Notes: generated from the letters alone by a model not told the origin. A stretch of DNA of 64,000 nt from Candidatus Eiseniibacteriota bacterium (GCA_963725865.1 CAVSAC010000014.1:1312001-1376000), one strand, 5' to 3'; shown: positions 1 to 10,702, counted from the first letter of the stretch. Program-made: numbers and translations.

Positions 1-402
1 CGCCGTCCCGCCGCCGGGCCATGCCGGATCGTGGGCGCCGTTCGGCGCGACGTGGTCGAGGTAGATGTTCGCGCTCGAGGTGTAGGCGTAGAACGCGCCG
101 CCGGTGCCGTCGGGCGTGAAGCCGTTCGTCGGCCCGATCCACGTCAGCGTCCAGCCCGGATCCACCTGTGCCCCGATGTCGACGTGCGCCTGAGCGTGCG
201 TAAAGCCGGTGGCCCCCTGCACCCGCCACGCGGCGAGCAGTCCACTGAGTCCGTCGTGGTGGAGCGCGACGTTCCAGTGACCGGTGGCGGCGACGCCGCC
301 GATCTGCACGCCGGCGTCGGTCCAGGCGGCGCGGGCGGGTGGAGCGGCAATGAGGGTGGCGGATGCGAGCGCGAGCGCGATGACGGGCAGGGGGGAGCGC
401 AT
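1..402 (-). CDS. Secreted protein, 5' part only (runs off the window start); not in the ORF track
   Basis: Manual translation from ATG at 402 gives MRSPLPVIALALASATLIAAPPARA-AWTDAGVQIGG...TPDGTGGAFYAY...DPAWPGGG. It is open to position 1, has a GGAGG SD just upstream and an AxA signal peptide. Confidence 0.75.
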   Translation of the reverse strand, partial: MRSPLPVIALALASATLIAAPPARAAWTDAGVQIGGVAATGHWNVALHHDGLSGLLAAWRVQGATGFTHAQAHVDIGAQVDPGWTLTWIGPTNGFTPDGTGGAFYAYTSSANIYLDHVAPNGAHDPAWPGGGTA

Positions 403-560
403 CGGACGAACCTCCTCGAGCGGAGCGGAGCGGGGCGACGGGGACGCCGGAACGGAGCGTAGCCGGCGACGCGTGCATGATGATAGCCCCCCGCCGTGGC
501 GCGAGGCGAGGCCGGAACGCGCATTCCGGGCCGCGCGGGGCACTGCCGGCCTCCTCTAGA

Positions 561-2024
561 TTAGATCCAGGCCCCTTCGACGTCGGCCCGCGCGGGCCGG
601 CCGCCCACGTTGGGCGGGTGGGCGTGCGCCTCGCCGCAGCCCGCGCCGCCGGGCAGCACTTTGCAGGGATTCATGCGCCCGTCGGGATCGAACGCCTCGC
701 GCACCCTTCCCATCAGCGCCAGGTCGTCGGGGCCGAACAGTTCGCCCATCAGGCGCTTCTTCTCGAGCCCGATCCCGTGCTCGCCCGAGATGGTGCCGCC
801 CATCGCGATGCACATGCGCAGGATCTCGAACGAGCCCTCGAGCGCCTGCTGCTGCGCCACCGGGTCGTCGGGATCGAACAGCAGGTGCGGGTGCAGGTTC
901 CCGTCGCCGGCGTGGAACACGTTGCCGGCTTCGAGCCCGCGCTCGCGCGCGATGCGGTACACGCCTTCGAGCGCCTCGGCGAGCCGGGTACGCGGCACCA
1001 CGCCGTCCATGATGTAGAAGCCCGCGCGCAGCCGGCCGTAGGCGCCGAACGCCGACTTGCGGCCGCGCCAGATCGCCAGGCGCTCGGCCTCGTCCTTCGC
1101 CACCCGCGTGCTGCGCGCGTGGTGCGCGCGCGCGATCTCGGCGATGCGCTCGACCTGCGGCGGCAGGTTGACCGCCGGACCGTCGACCTCGATCAGCAGC
1201 ACCGCGCCCGCGTCGAGCGGGAGCCCCAGGTGCAGCCACGCCTCGACCACGCCGACGGTATGGCGGTCCATGATCTCCATCGCCGCCGGCACCATGCCGG
1301 CCGCCACCACCTCCGAGACCGCGCGGCAGGCGTCGCCCACCTCGACGAAGTCGAACAGCATCGTGCGCACCGCCTCGGGCCGCGGCATCAGGCGCACCGC
1401 GATCTCGGTGATCACGCCGAGCGTTCCCTCGGTGCCGACCAGCAGCGTGACCAGGTCGGAGTCGGGCGACTCGCAGGCCGCGCCGCCGAGCGCCAGCACG
1501 GTGCCGTCGTGCAGCACCACCGTCAGCCCGAGCACGCTGTTGAGCGTGACGCCGTACTTGAGGCAGTGCGGGCCGCCGGAGTTCGCGGCCACGTTGCCGC
1601 CGATGGTGCTGACCTGCTGCGAGGAGGGATCCGGCGCGTAGTAGAGCCCGTGCGGCGCCGCGACCTGCGACAGGTGCAGGTTCACCACGCCCGGCTGCAC
1701 CCACGCCACCATGCGCTCGGGGTCGAGGCTCAGCACCTCGGCCATGCGATTGACCGAGAGCACCAGGCCACCGCGCTCGGGCGTGGCGCCGCCGGCGAGG
1801 CCGGTGCCCGCGCCGCGCGGCGTGACCGGCACCTCGTGGTCGCGCGCCCAGCGCATCACCGCCGCGACCTCGTCGGTGGAGCGCGGCAGCACCACCACGT
1901 CGGGCTTCGCGCGCTCGAGCGTGAGCGCGTCCGCCTCGTAGGTGAACAGCGCCGCGTCGGTGGTCAGCACGCCCTCGGGCCCGAGGAGGGCGATCAGCTC
2001 GTCGAGATGCTCGCGCCAGGACAT
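561..2024 (-). CDS. glcD: FAD-linked oxidase, glycolate oxidase subunit GlcD-like
   Basis: PRGAGTGLAGG, APDPSSQQVSTIGGN, HAGDGNLHP and GEHGIG motifs. Start placed at MSWREH (2024). Confidence 0.85.
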   Translation of the reverse strand: MSWREHLDELIALLGPEGVLTTDAALFTYEADALTLERAKPDVVVLPRSTDEVAAVMRWARDHEVPVTPRGAGTGLAGGATPERGGLVLSVNRMAEVLSLDPERMVAWVQPGVVNLHLSQVAAPHGLYYAPDPSSQQVSTIGGNVAANSGGPHCLKYGVTLNSVLGLTVVLHDGTVLALGGAACESPDSDLVTLLVGTEGTLGVITEIAVRLMPRPEAVRTMLFDFVEVGDACRAVSEVVAAGMVPAAMEIMDRHTVGVVEAWLHLGLPLDAGAVLLIEVDGPAVNLPPQVERIAEIARAHHARSTRVAKDEAERLAIWRGRKSAFGAYGRLRAGFYIMDGVVPRTRLAEALEGVYRIARERGLEAGNVFHAGDGNLHPHLLFDPDDPVAQQQALEGSFEILRMCIAMGGTISGEHGIGLEKKRLMGELFGPDDLALMGRVREAFDPDGRMNPCKVLPGGAGCGEAHAHPPNVGGRPARADVEGAWI

Positions 2025-2064
2025 GCGGCGCAGGTTAGCACGAGGATCGTCACGACCGTCGCCT

Positions 2065-3529
2065 TCAGGGCACGTGGGCGACCCAGCCCTGATACGTGAC
2101 GACGTCGGGGTCGGTCTCGTCGACCACGGATCCGTCGCCGATGATCGTCCGGCCATCGGCCGACAGGCGCCCGATCCACCACAGGTGCCAGCCGGACGGC
2201 ACGGTGATCGAGTGGGCCGCGAGGAGGTCCATCACGCGAACGGGCGCGGCGTACGTGGGAGCGCTGCCGCCGCTGCCGGCGGCCGACGTCCAGCGCACCG
2301 CGTCCGGTTCGTCGGCTCCATTGATACCTCCGCCGATGATCGCGCCCGTGAAGTCCGCGCCGCGCGCGAATCCCATCGTTGCGCCGGGCGGCAGCGGAAG
2401 CGGCTGCGCGGGCCCGTACACCTGGCCCACGGTGGTGCGGCCGGTGGGCACGCGCGCGAGTCGCCAGTAGCACGGTTGCATGCCTTCGGCGGAGGTGCCT
2501 TCGCCCACGATCACTTTTCCATCACCGGAGATGCCCTCCACGCGGGCTTCATCATCGCCACCGGGCAGATCCTCGAGCAATTGCGGTGCGTAGCTGCCAG
2601 TCTGCGGATCGAGGATCCATGCGCAGGCGTGCGACTTGATGAAGAAGTCGTACCAACCCGAGGTGGCGGCGTCGTACAACGCGCCGCCGAGGATCGTGCC
2701 GTCGTCCGAGACACAGTCGGCCTCGCCGCTCGCCTGCTCCATGCCGGCGGGCAGCGCGAGCGCGTGCGCCGCGGGGTCGGTGCTCGACCAGTAGACCGGC
2801 TTCGCGCCCGGCGAGAGCCGCGGGTGCTGCACCTGAACGTTGGAGAATCCTGCCACGATCCGATGGCGGCCCTGAGTGAGGGCGCCGATCGGATCGCTCA
2901 CGTCGTACGCTTCGCCGTACAGATGCCCCGCGAGGATCCCGAGGGCGCGACCCTTGCCAGCCTCCCACAGGACGGGCAGGTGCGTGATATCGACTCCCGA
3001 GTTCGACTGGCCCGCGATCACCTGCGCGTCGGGTGAGATACCGATCGCGTTGCTCTCGAGATGCTGGGCGTCGAGCGGGTAGCCGAGCCCGAAGATTCCC
3101 GGGCCGCCGCTCCCGAGGTTGACGTAGAAGTTCGGAAAGCGACGACTCCGAGACCCTGCGCCTCAGGTGCCAGAACTTCTCGCCCTTGCACGGGCGCGTC
3201 CACCCGAACGCCTCGTCCGCGTGCTTCCAGTTGTCGGCGTCGCCGTCCTTGATGGTCCAGGGCTCGTCCGCGTTGCTGCTGCCCACGGCACGCTTGCCGT
3301 CCGCCGAGACGTCGTGCACTGAGCTCTGGACCCAGTCTCCCGGCAGATCGCCCACGGGCTCGAAGAAGTCGTTCGGGCAGCGGTGGGCCGTGCCGGCTGT
3401 GATCTCCCGCGATTCGCGGGGAGCTCGAATGCCGTGTTCGGGTGTGGCTGGAGCGGCGAGCGCCGAGGTGGCGCAGCCGAGCGCGATCAGGATCAGGCAG
3501 GCGGTGCTCGAGGAGACGAGTGCGCACAC
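2065..3529 (-). CDS. Secreted protein with HAF-type extracellular repeats, split by one frameshift near 3130-3165
   Basis: The signal peptide (CLILIALGCATSALA) and first repeat (SSVHDVSADGKRAVG) are in one frame. Further repeats (ISPDAQVIAG, VSDDGTILGG, ISGDGKVIVG, LSADGRTIIG) are in another frame that is open up to about 3160. GGAGG lies upstream of 3529. Confidence 0.65.
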
Positions 3530-3733
3530 GTCCTCCTGGACGAGCGTCGGGGGCGAGGCTCGTGCGAGGAAAATCCGTGCGGCCTCGTGGCGCACCATAG
3601 CACGCGAATTGTGGTATCGGCCGTTCGATCGCGCTGATGGTCTGCCGTGTCGTGCATGGAGGGCCCGGAGCCGCGTCGAAACACCCACGCTGGCCCCGAG
3701 CAGACCGCGATCTCGGTGTGGGATCGCGCCGCG

Positions 3734-4981
3734 TCACGCGCCCGCGGTCACCTGCTGGTCGACGGCGAGGGCGGCGATCACGTCGGCGACCTGGCGGTAG
3801 CCGGTCTCGAGCAGGAACGAGTCGTAGCGGGCGTACGACTTGGCGCCGAGGATGAAGAAGTCGGGCTCGGGATTGCGCAGCACGTCGGCGCCGAATGCGG
3901 GCAGCGCGGTGCAGTCGCCGCTGAGGCCGCCCTGCGCGGCGAGCAGCGCGGCCGAGAGCTTCATCGGCCCGCGCGAGGCGTAGCACTCGTGCACCTGCAG
4001 CTCGCGGTAGAGCGAGTCGTCGGGGCCGAAGCCGGTGTTGACGATCACCTCGTCGACTTCTTCCTGGCGCACCGTGTCGCCCTGCGCGAGCTGCACGCGG
4101 TAGCGGTGGGTCGCGGAGTTGAACTCCAATCCCCTCGACCTCGACGCCGCCCACGTGGGTGACCGCCGGATGCGCGCCGCGCGCCAGCTCGCGGGCGCTC
4201 GCGTGCAGCGCGGCGCGCGCCGGCAGCGGATCGTTCACGTGCGCGGGGAACAGCGCGTCGCTCGCCTGGCGCGTGTCGCCCACAGGCAGGTGGTGCCTTC
4301 GGCCTCGTCGGCCAGCGCCGCGAGGTCGGCGACCATGGTGGCCGCACTCGCGCCGCCGCCGATCACCAGCGTGCGGCGGCCCGCGTGGCGCGCGCGGCGC
4401 AGGCCGCGCACGTCCTCGACGTGGTAGCCGAGTTGCGGCGCCAGGTACAGCTCGCCGCGCGCGGGGATGCCGCCGGTGCCGGCGCGATTGGGCACGCCGT
4501 AGGTGCCCGAGGCGTCGATCACCGAGAACGCGTGGATGAAGTTCTCGCGCCCGCCCGCGTCGCGCACCAGCAGTCGGAACGGCCGCTCGCGCCGCGCGGG
4601 AGTGCCGATGTGTTCGCCCTTGAGCATGCCGTGGCGACTGATCTGGATCACCTGCGCGTGCACGTGCAGCCGGTCCTTCAGCTCCGGCAGCCGCGCGATC
4701 GGCTCCAGGTACGCCTCGGTCAGCTCGCGTCCGGTCGGGCACTCGTCGGCCGCGGGAGCGCTCCAGCCCGTGCGCTCGAGGTGCGCGCGCGAGGCGAGGC
4801 CCACGTTCATGCGCCACGGCGTGAACATGCGCACGTGCCCCCACGCCAGCGGATGCGAACCCGGCTCGCCGCGCTCGAAGACGTGCACGTCGAAGCCGCG
4901 ATCGAGCGCGGCCAGTGCGGCTTCGAGGCCGATGGGGCCGGCGCCGATGACGGCGAGGCTGTTGCGGGCGGGCTGGGGCAT
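3734..4981 (-). CDS. FAD/NAD(P)-dependent oxidoreductase (flavin monooxygenase-like), two apparent frameshifts (~4270 and ~4132)
   Basis: IGAGPIG and IGGGASA Rossmann motifs. The reading continues across three frames (…LWATR / QASDALFPAHVNDPLPARA…VEG / LEFNSATH…ELQVHECYAS…ILGAKSYAR). Confidence 0.75.
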
Positions 4982-5122
4982 GGGCGGAGGAATCCGAGCG
5001 GCGAGGGTGGACGATCGAGCGACCGGGGGAGGCACTCTAGAGGCGAGTTACGCGCGTGAGCAAGGCGAGTGCTAATCCGAACGATGCAGCATATCTGATA
5101 ATCGCCGAGATACCTCTTGACG

Positions 5123-5135
5123 CCCCCCCCCCCCC
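5123..5135 (+). repeat. C13 homopolymer in the divergent promoter region
   Basis: ttgacg-CCCCCCCCCCCCC-tgaag read directly. Confidence 0.8.
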
Positions 5136-5256
5136 TGAAGGAGTTGACTCCGGATGTGCGAGGCCTCCGCCCGCGTCCCCACCACGAGACCGTGCCCCAC
5201 ACCAGCGAGTTCCCCCGAGTTGGTCTCGGACGCAGTGTCGAATGGAGGCCACACCC

Positions 5257-7365
5257 ATGGGCCGCATCCCATCGCATTGGTATGCTCTTCTCATGCTGTT
5301 GCTCGTTCCGAGGGCCTCGTCGGCGATTCAGTTGGAATGGAGCTCAGGAAGCACCGCCCTGAACTTCACTTCGGCCTCGCGATGCACGCTGGTGGTTCAG
5401 GCTGATGCTGCCGAGGGGCGGCTTCCATCGGAGTGGCGATTGCTGTGGGCGACGGACAGTTGCGACATTCGCCCGCTTGCGCTGCCAGCCCCCGCCTCGT
5501 GCCAGCAAGAAACGGCCGAGGTGTCAGGCGTCGAAGATCCCTCTACCGGCGCTGATTCATTGGCCCACATGCCGACGGTTCATTTCTGCTCGGCGGGCGG
5601 CGCGCTCGCGACAATCGCCCGCTACGTGTTCGATCTGCCCGCGGGGGCCCGCGGACGGTTCAAGGTCGTCGCACTCGACCCCGAGGATCCGGGCGGGAAC
5701 CGAGTCCTCCAATCGAACGAGGTGAGCTTCAATGGCGGCGTGAGCACCCCTTATCCGCCGACGATCCTCAGAACCGCGGCGGTGCACCTGTCCACGGAGT
5801 ATCACCTCGAGGCAGTCGGCGCAGGTATGGCGACGATGAACGCGCTATCGCTCGTCGCATCCGATGATTCGTGGCGCCAGCCACTGGACATTGCAAGCCG
5901 AGACGATGAGCGAATCACTGCCACCGCGTCCCTCGCGGCCAATGTCCCCGAGTGCATCGTCGAGCTCGAAAGCCAGGCAGGAGGCGTCGCGATTGCATCG
6001 CTTCCTGCCGAGCCCGAGCCTCAACTGCAATCGCCGGAGAGTGGATGCATGCAGAACTTCTTCGAGCGAGTCTTCGATGATCCCTACGAGATCCAGCCCA
6101 AGGACTTCGCATTCGTACTGGGAGGCTGGACGCCGGCGGGGGAGTGGACCTTCCACCTGTTCTACATCCGTCAGAACCAGTTCACCCTGAGAGACACGAC
6201 CATCATCGGTCGTGCGGACTCAACCGCGTGGAACATCGGTCACGCAGTGTCCAACAACCTCGAGGATTGGCCCGCGAGGGATCTCCAGGGCACTCTCGTT
6301 ATCGACACCGCAGCCATCAAGACGCGGCCAGGCCGCTTCGACAGTCGCCATGTTTGGGCACCGAGCATCGTCAAGCACGGCCTGACCTACTACATGTTCT
6401 ACACCGGCGTCGATGACGCCGGGAAGCAACGCCTCGGGCTCGCGACGTCGACCGACTTGGCGACCTGGGTCCAAGGCGACAGCGTCTACGACGCCACGCG
6501 GGCGGGTTCGTGGGTCGACCAATCGACGAACGACTTCCGGGATCCGTTCGTGATGGAGGATCCGGACAACCCGGGTGCCTGGTTGCTCTACTTCGGCGCG
6601 GGAAGCGCCGAGCGACCGGGCCGCATGGCGATTGGAGTTGCGCAATCGGCGGGCGGCCTCACTCAATGGCAGACCTCCAGGCCAATCCGAGCGACCTACC
6701 AGCCCTACGCGCGAGTCGAGTCGCCCAACGTCTTCTGGCGACAGGGCAAGTGGTGGCTCTTCTACACGCCTAGCGACACGGTCTATGCAGTTGGGAACCT
6801 GGACCCCAACACCAACGCATCGAGTCCCTCGGACACCATCACTGCGAACTGGAGCACTCCGGCGCGGCTTCAGTCGCTGGTCGTGGATCAGCCCGGCATC
6901 TACTACAACTGGCATGCGACGGAGTACCTCGAGGTCAGCGACGCCAACGACATCCGATATCTCGCTGCGTACAATGACTATCCAGTTTCGATCAGCATCA
7001 CTCAGATGCACCCTGCTAGCCCTCCCTATCTCTTCAAGGACGGATGTCCGACAGCGGCCGGTGTCGGAGAGCCTCAGCTCGGCATCTCAGAATGTCGTCT
7101 TACCCTGATGGGAGCGAGTCCAGCACGATCCGTCGCGCGTTTCCGTGTCGAAGCGCCCGCACCGATGCGAATTCGATTGACGGTATTCGACGTTCTCGGT
7201 CGCAAGGTGAAGACGCTGGTCGACGGCCAGATTTCGGCGGGTGAACGGAGCTTCGTGTGGGACGGAACGGCTGAGGACGGCAGCCGGATCGGGAGCGGCG
7301 TGTACTTCGTTCGATTGGCCGCCGATCCCTACGGTCGAACCATCCGGCTGCCGTTGATCAGGTGA
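5257..7365 (+). CDS. Secreted glycoside hydrolase (GH32/clan-J-like five-bladed propeller) with an unknown N-terminal domain and a C-terminal FlgD/CTD-like sorting domain
   Basis: GGAGG SD, signal peptide, motifs PKDFAF..HLFY, VWAPSI, FRDPFV and VESPNV, and C-terminal FDVLGRKVKTL..WDG..GSGVYFVRL. Confidence 0.75.
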   Translation: MGRIPSHWYALLMLLLVPRASSAIQLEWSSGSTALNFTSASRCTLVVQADAAEGRLPSEWRLLWATDSCDIRPLALPAPASCQQETAEVSGVEDPSTGADSLAHMPTVHFCSAGGALATIARYVFDLPAGARGRFKVVALDPEDPGGNRVLQSNEVSFNGGVSTPYPPTILRTAAVHLSTEYHLEAVGAGMATMNALSLVASDDSWRQPLDIASRDDERITATASLAANVPECIVELESQAGGVAIASLPAEPEPQLQSPESGCMQNFFERVFDDPYEIQPKDFAFVLGGWTPAGEWTFHLFYIRQNQFTLRDTTIIGRADSTAWNIGHAVSNNLEDWPARDLQGTLVIDTAAIKTRPGRFDSRHVWAPSIVKHGLTYYMFYTGVDDAGKQRLGLATSTDLATWVQGDSVYDATRAGSWVDQSTNDFRDPFVMEDPDNPGAWLLYFGAGSAERPGRMAIGVAQSAGGLTQWQTSRPIRATYQPYARVESPNVFWRQGKWWLFYTPSDTVYAVGNLDPNTNASSPSDTITANWSTPARLQSLVVDQPGIYYNWHATEYLEVSDANDIRYLAAYNDYPVSISITQMHPASPPYLFKDGCPTAAGVGEPQLGISECRLTLMGASPARSVARFRVEAPAPMRIRLTVFDVLGRKVKTLVDGQISAGERSFVWDGTAEDGSRIGSGVYFVRLAADPYGRTIRLPLIR

Positions 7366-7373
7366 GCCAGGGT

Positions 7374-9851
7374 ATGAAGGCAACTGCCGTCCTAGGTGGC
7401 ACAGCCCTGATCGCGGTTTGTGCGATGTCGCCGGCACGCGCTCAGTTCGTCGACCAGCAGCTGTGGGGCACGGACGGCAATGTCGGGGCGGTCTTGAAGG
7501 CAGGAAACACGCTCTACGTCGCCGGGGCATTCAACCGTGTGGTGCCCAACTCTGGCGGTGGGGTCGAGGTGGACCCGGTGCTGGGCCTGCCGACACGGAG
7601 CATCCCCAAGGTGGCGGGCGTTGTCGAGGCCGTCATTCCGGACGGCGCGGGCGGCTGGTACATCGGTGGGCAGTTCAGTGCCGTGGGGGGGCACCCACGG
7701 CACAACCTCGCGTGGGTACAGTCGGATGGAAGCATCTCCCAGTGGGCTCCTAATCCGGACGCGGCGGTCGATGCGCTAACCTTCGACGGGACGACGCTCT
7801 TCGTCGGCGGGCAGTTCATGAGCATCGCTGGGTCTCCGCGCAGCTATCTCGCCGGCTTCGCCGCCTGGAGCGGGCAACTCCTCGAGTGGGACCCGGGGCC
7901 CGATCGGCCGGTCCGGGCCCTGAACCTGCTCGGGGGACGCCTCTTCGTCGGGGGTGACTTCTCTAGCATCGCGGGAGCGACCCGATGGAGCCTTGCGGAG
8001 TTCGATTGCGCGAACGGCAGGCTGACCGACTGGGCGCTACGCATCGGCTCTCCCACCGGTCCCGGGTCGGTGCGGACGCTCGCGGGCTCGGGCGATACGT
8101 TGTTCATGGGCGGGTTGATCGGCGTCATGGAGGGAGTTTCCAGACTGCACGCGGGCGCGCTGAATGCCCGGACTCGAGAGGTCACGGCATGGAATCCACG
8201 CGTGACGAGTCCAGTGGGGGACATCTCTTTCGGGAAGGGCTACGTGTCGGCCATTGCCGTCAGCGGACAGGGCGTGCTGGTCGGCGGGCACTTCACTGGG
8301 ATTGGTGGTAGTAAGCGAGCAGGCTTGGCGATGGTCGACCGCACCACCGGCCAAGCGACCCCGTGGAATCCCGCTTTCGGGGCGACTTTCAGCGACAGCT
8401 CGGCCGACATCAGCTCGATCGTTGTGGAGGGCGACTCCGCCTACGCGGCCGGGACGTTCTTGGGGGTCAACGGAACCGACCGTGCCTACTGCGCCAAATT
8501 GGATCTGAACTCGTCCGCGGTGAGCCCATGGGATCCCCAGCCCACCGGTCCCGTGCACGCGATCGGCTCCCAACGTGGACGCGTGTTCCTGGGCGGTCGG
8601 TTCGCAGGGCTGGGAACGCAGGGGCGTCAGCGTGCTGGGCTTGCTGCGTTCGACGCGACGACCGGGGCGGTGAAGGACTGGAACCCGAACCCGGTTGGCT
8701 ACGGAGTCGTGACGATCGCGATGGCCGAGGGGCGGCTCTTCGTGGGTGGCTACTTCTGGGAAATCGGGGGCCAGCCGTGTGACGGGCTTGCGGCGGTGGA
8801 TACGCTCACGGGCGCGGACACCGGGTGGCATCCTCGGGTGAACGACTGGCCGCTGACGCTCGAGCCCGTGGGCGACACGCTGTTCGTAGGAGGGGCATTC
8901 ACGGCGGTGGATGGACAGGCGCGCGGCCGGATTGCCGCGTTCGACCTGATGTCGGGAGCGTTGATCAACTGGGCTCCATCCGTGAACGGCGACGTGTTCG
9001 ATATCGAGGTCAAGGACTCGACGATCCTGGTCGCGGGCGGCTTCGACCGCGTGAACGGAACGCCGCGGGAGCGGGGACTCGCCGCGGTCAACCGGTTCTC
9101 GGGAGCCCTGCTCGATTGGGATCCCCAACCCAGCTACTGGGCCAGCGCGATCGAGGTTGTAGGCGACACGCTGTACGTGGGCGGCAACTTCATCTCGATC
9201 GGAGGGCAGCCGAGGTCAAACCTCGCCGCGCTCGACCTGAAGTCCGGGCAGGCGCTCGACTGGCGCGCGGACGCCAACGGGAGGGTCATGGCGTTGGCGA
9301 CGATTGGAGACACGCTCTTTGCTGGCGGGCTCTTCTACACGATTGCCGGGCAGTCCCGGAACAGCATCGCGGCGGTGGATCGCCACACCGGGAAACTCCT
9401 CGACTGGGATCTTGGACTGAGTTCGAGCGAATACGACATTCCCAACCCCGTGGTCTGGGGATTGGCGGCCGCGGACCATGCAGTTTATGTGGGAGGCGCA
9501 TTCGGTCGAGCCGGGCTCGCGCCTGTCGGCGGACTGGTCGCCTACTCGTTCGCCCCGCCTCCCCCTGAGCCGCCCGTGCAGCCGAAGGCGGTGGCGCTTG
9601 CGCCCATCGCTCCAAATCCTGTGCATGGACCACTCGGCATTCGCTTCGATCTTCCGGCGCAGACCGCGACGTCGATCACGATCTTCGACGTGCAGGGTCG
9701 TCGAGTGGCCCGTCCGCTCGACCGGGCAGTTCAGAGCGCCGGGCGACACGAACTCATGCTCGAGGCATCGCGGTGGCCACGGGGATTCTACTTCTGCCTG
9801 CTCGAGGCGGGGCCGACTCGATCGGTTCGGAAGTTCGTGGTTCTGAGATGA
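7374..9851 (+). CDS. Secreted beta-propeller repeat protein (about 14 'L(F/Y)VGGxF..R..LAA.D..TG...W.P' repeats) with C-terminal FlgD/CTD-like domain
   Basis: Signal peptide ending PARA, ~55-aa repeats, C-terminal APNP..IFDVQGRRV..GFYF. An alternative GTG start at 7362 overlaps the upstream stop. Confidence 0.8.
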   Translation: MKATAVLGGTALIAVCAMSPARAQFVDQQLWGTDGNVGAVLKAGNTLYVAGAFNRVVPNSGGGVEVDPVLGLPTRSIPKVAGVVEAVIPDGAGGWYIGGQFSAVGGHPRHNLAWVQSDGSISQWAPNPDAAVDALTFDGTTLFVGGQFMSIAGSPRSYLAGFAAWSGQLLEWDPGPDRPVRALNLLGGRLFVGGDFSSIAGATRWSLAEFDCANGRLTDWALRIGSPTGPGSVRTLAGSGDTLFMGGLIGVMEGVSRLHAGALNARTREVTAWNPRVTSPVGDISFGKGYVSAIAVSGQGVLVGGHFTGIGGSKRAGLAMVDRTTGQATPWNPAFGATFSDSSADISSIVVEGDSAYAAGTFLGVNGTDRAYCAKLDLNSSAVSPWDPQPTGPVHAIGSQRGRVFLGGRFAGLGTQGRQRAGLAAFDATTGAVKDWNPNPVGYGVVTIAMAEGRLFVGGYFWEIGGQPCDGLAAVDTLTGADTGWHPRVNDWPLTLEPVGDTLFVGGAFTAVDGQARGRIAAFDLMSGALINWAPSVNGDVFDIEVKDSTILVAGGFDRVNGTPRERGLAAVNRFSGALLDWDPQPSYWASAIEVVGDTLYVGGNFISIGGQPRSNLAALDLKSGQALDWRADANGRVMALATIGDTLFAGGLFYTIAGQSRNSIAAVDRHTGKLLDWDLGLSSSEYDIPNPVVWGLAAADHAVYVGGAFGRAGLAPVGGLVAYSFAPPPPEPPVQPKAVALAPIAPNPVHGPLGIRFDLPAQTATSITIFDVQGRRVARPLDRAVQSAGRHELMLEASRWPRGFYFCLLEAGPTRSVRKFVVLR

Positions 9852-9935
9852 GGCGCGCGTGCGCCACGCCTTCGCTGTGTGAGCGTGCGGTTCTCTGGAA
9901 GATGACCGGCTGCCGTGAGAATGGCACTGCCGCGC

Positions 9936-10625
9936 TCACTCCCAGCGCAGTCCGAGTCGCTTCAGCAGCTCGCCGCGTCCGAGCGCGGTGACGAGCACGC
10001 TGCGCGTGCCGCGCTGGCGGCGGATCCAGTCGCGCTCCAGGAACTCGGCGGCGAGCGCCGCGCCGAGAGCGCCCGCGAGGTGCTCGCGGCGCTCCGTCCA
10101 GTCGATGCACGTGCGCACCAGCGGCCGCGACCCGGCGCGCAGCGTGGCGAGGTCGACGTCGAGCCGGCCGAACGCGGCGGCGGCCCGCGCGCCCAGCACG
10201 AGCCCGTCCGCGCTCAGCGCGAGCGCGCGCTTAGCCACCAGCGCGTCGGTCACCGCGACGCCGAGCGCACCCGCGAGATGGTCGTAGCAGAGCCGCGCGT
10301 GCTGCAGCGCGCGGCGCGCGGGTGGCAGCTCGGCGGGCGCGGCGTCGCGCGGCGGGATCAGGCGCGCGAGCGCCTCCAGCGCCTCGCCGACCTCGGGCCC
10401 CGCGAGGCGGAAGTAGCGGTGGCGGCCGGTCACCTGCACGCGCACGAGGCCCGAGGCCAGCAGCTTCGACAGATGCGAGCTGGCGGTGGCCGCGGTGACG
10501 CCGGCCTCGCGCGCGAGCATGCCCGCGGGCAGCGCGCGTCCGTCCCACAGCGCGCCGAGCATGGCGGCGCGGCTCGGGTCCGCGAGCAGCGCGGCGACCT
10601 CGGCGAGCCGGTGGCGGGAGATCAT
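9936..10625 (-). CDS. ArsR/SmtB-family HTH transcriptional regulator (long form)
   Basis: LLADPSRAAML..LAREAGVTAATASSHLSKL..GRHRYFRL, then ARLCYDHLAG and CIDWTERREHLAG. Confidence 0.85.
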   Translation of the reverse strand: MISRHRLAEVAALLADPSRAAMLGALWDGRALPAGMLAREAGVTAATASSHLSKLLASGLVRVQVTGRHRYFRLAGPEVGEALEALARLIPPRDAAPAELPPARRALQHARLCYDHLAGALGVAVTDALVAKRALALSADGLVLGARAAAAFGRLDVDLATLRAGSRPLVRTCIDWTERREHLAGALGAALAAEFLERDWIRRQRGTRSVLVTALGRGELLKRLGLRWE

Positions 10626-10702
10626 GCCGTCAGCATACGGCACCGAACGCGCGGCCACCGCGGGCGTGGCCGGGCGTGATCCGGGTTCGCGCGCCGTCTC
10701 GA

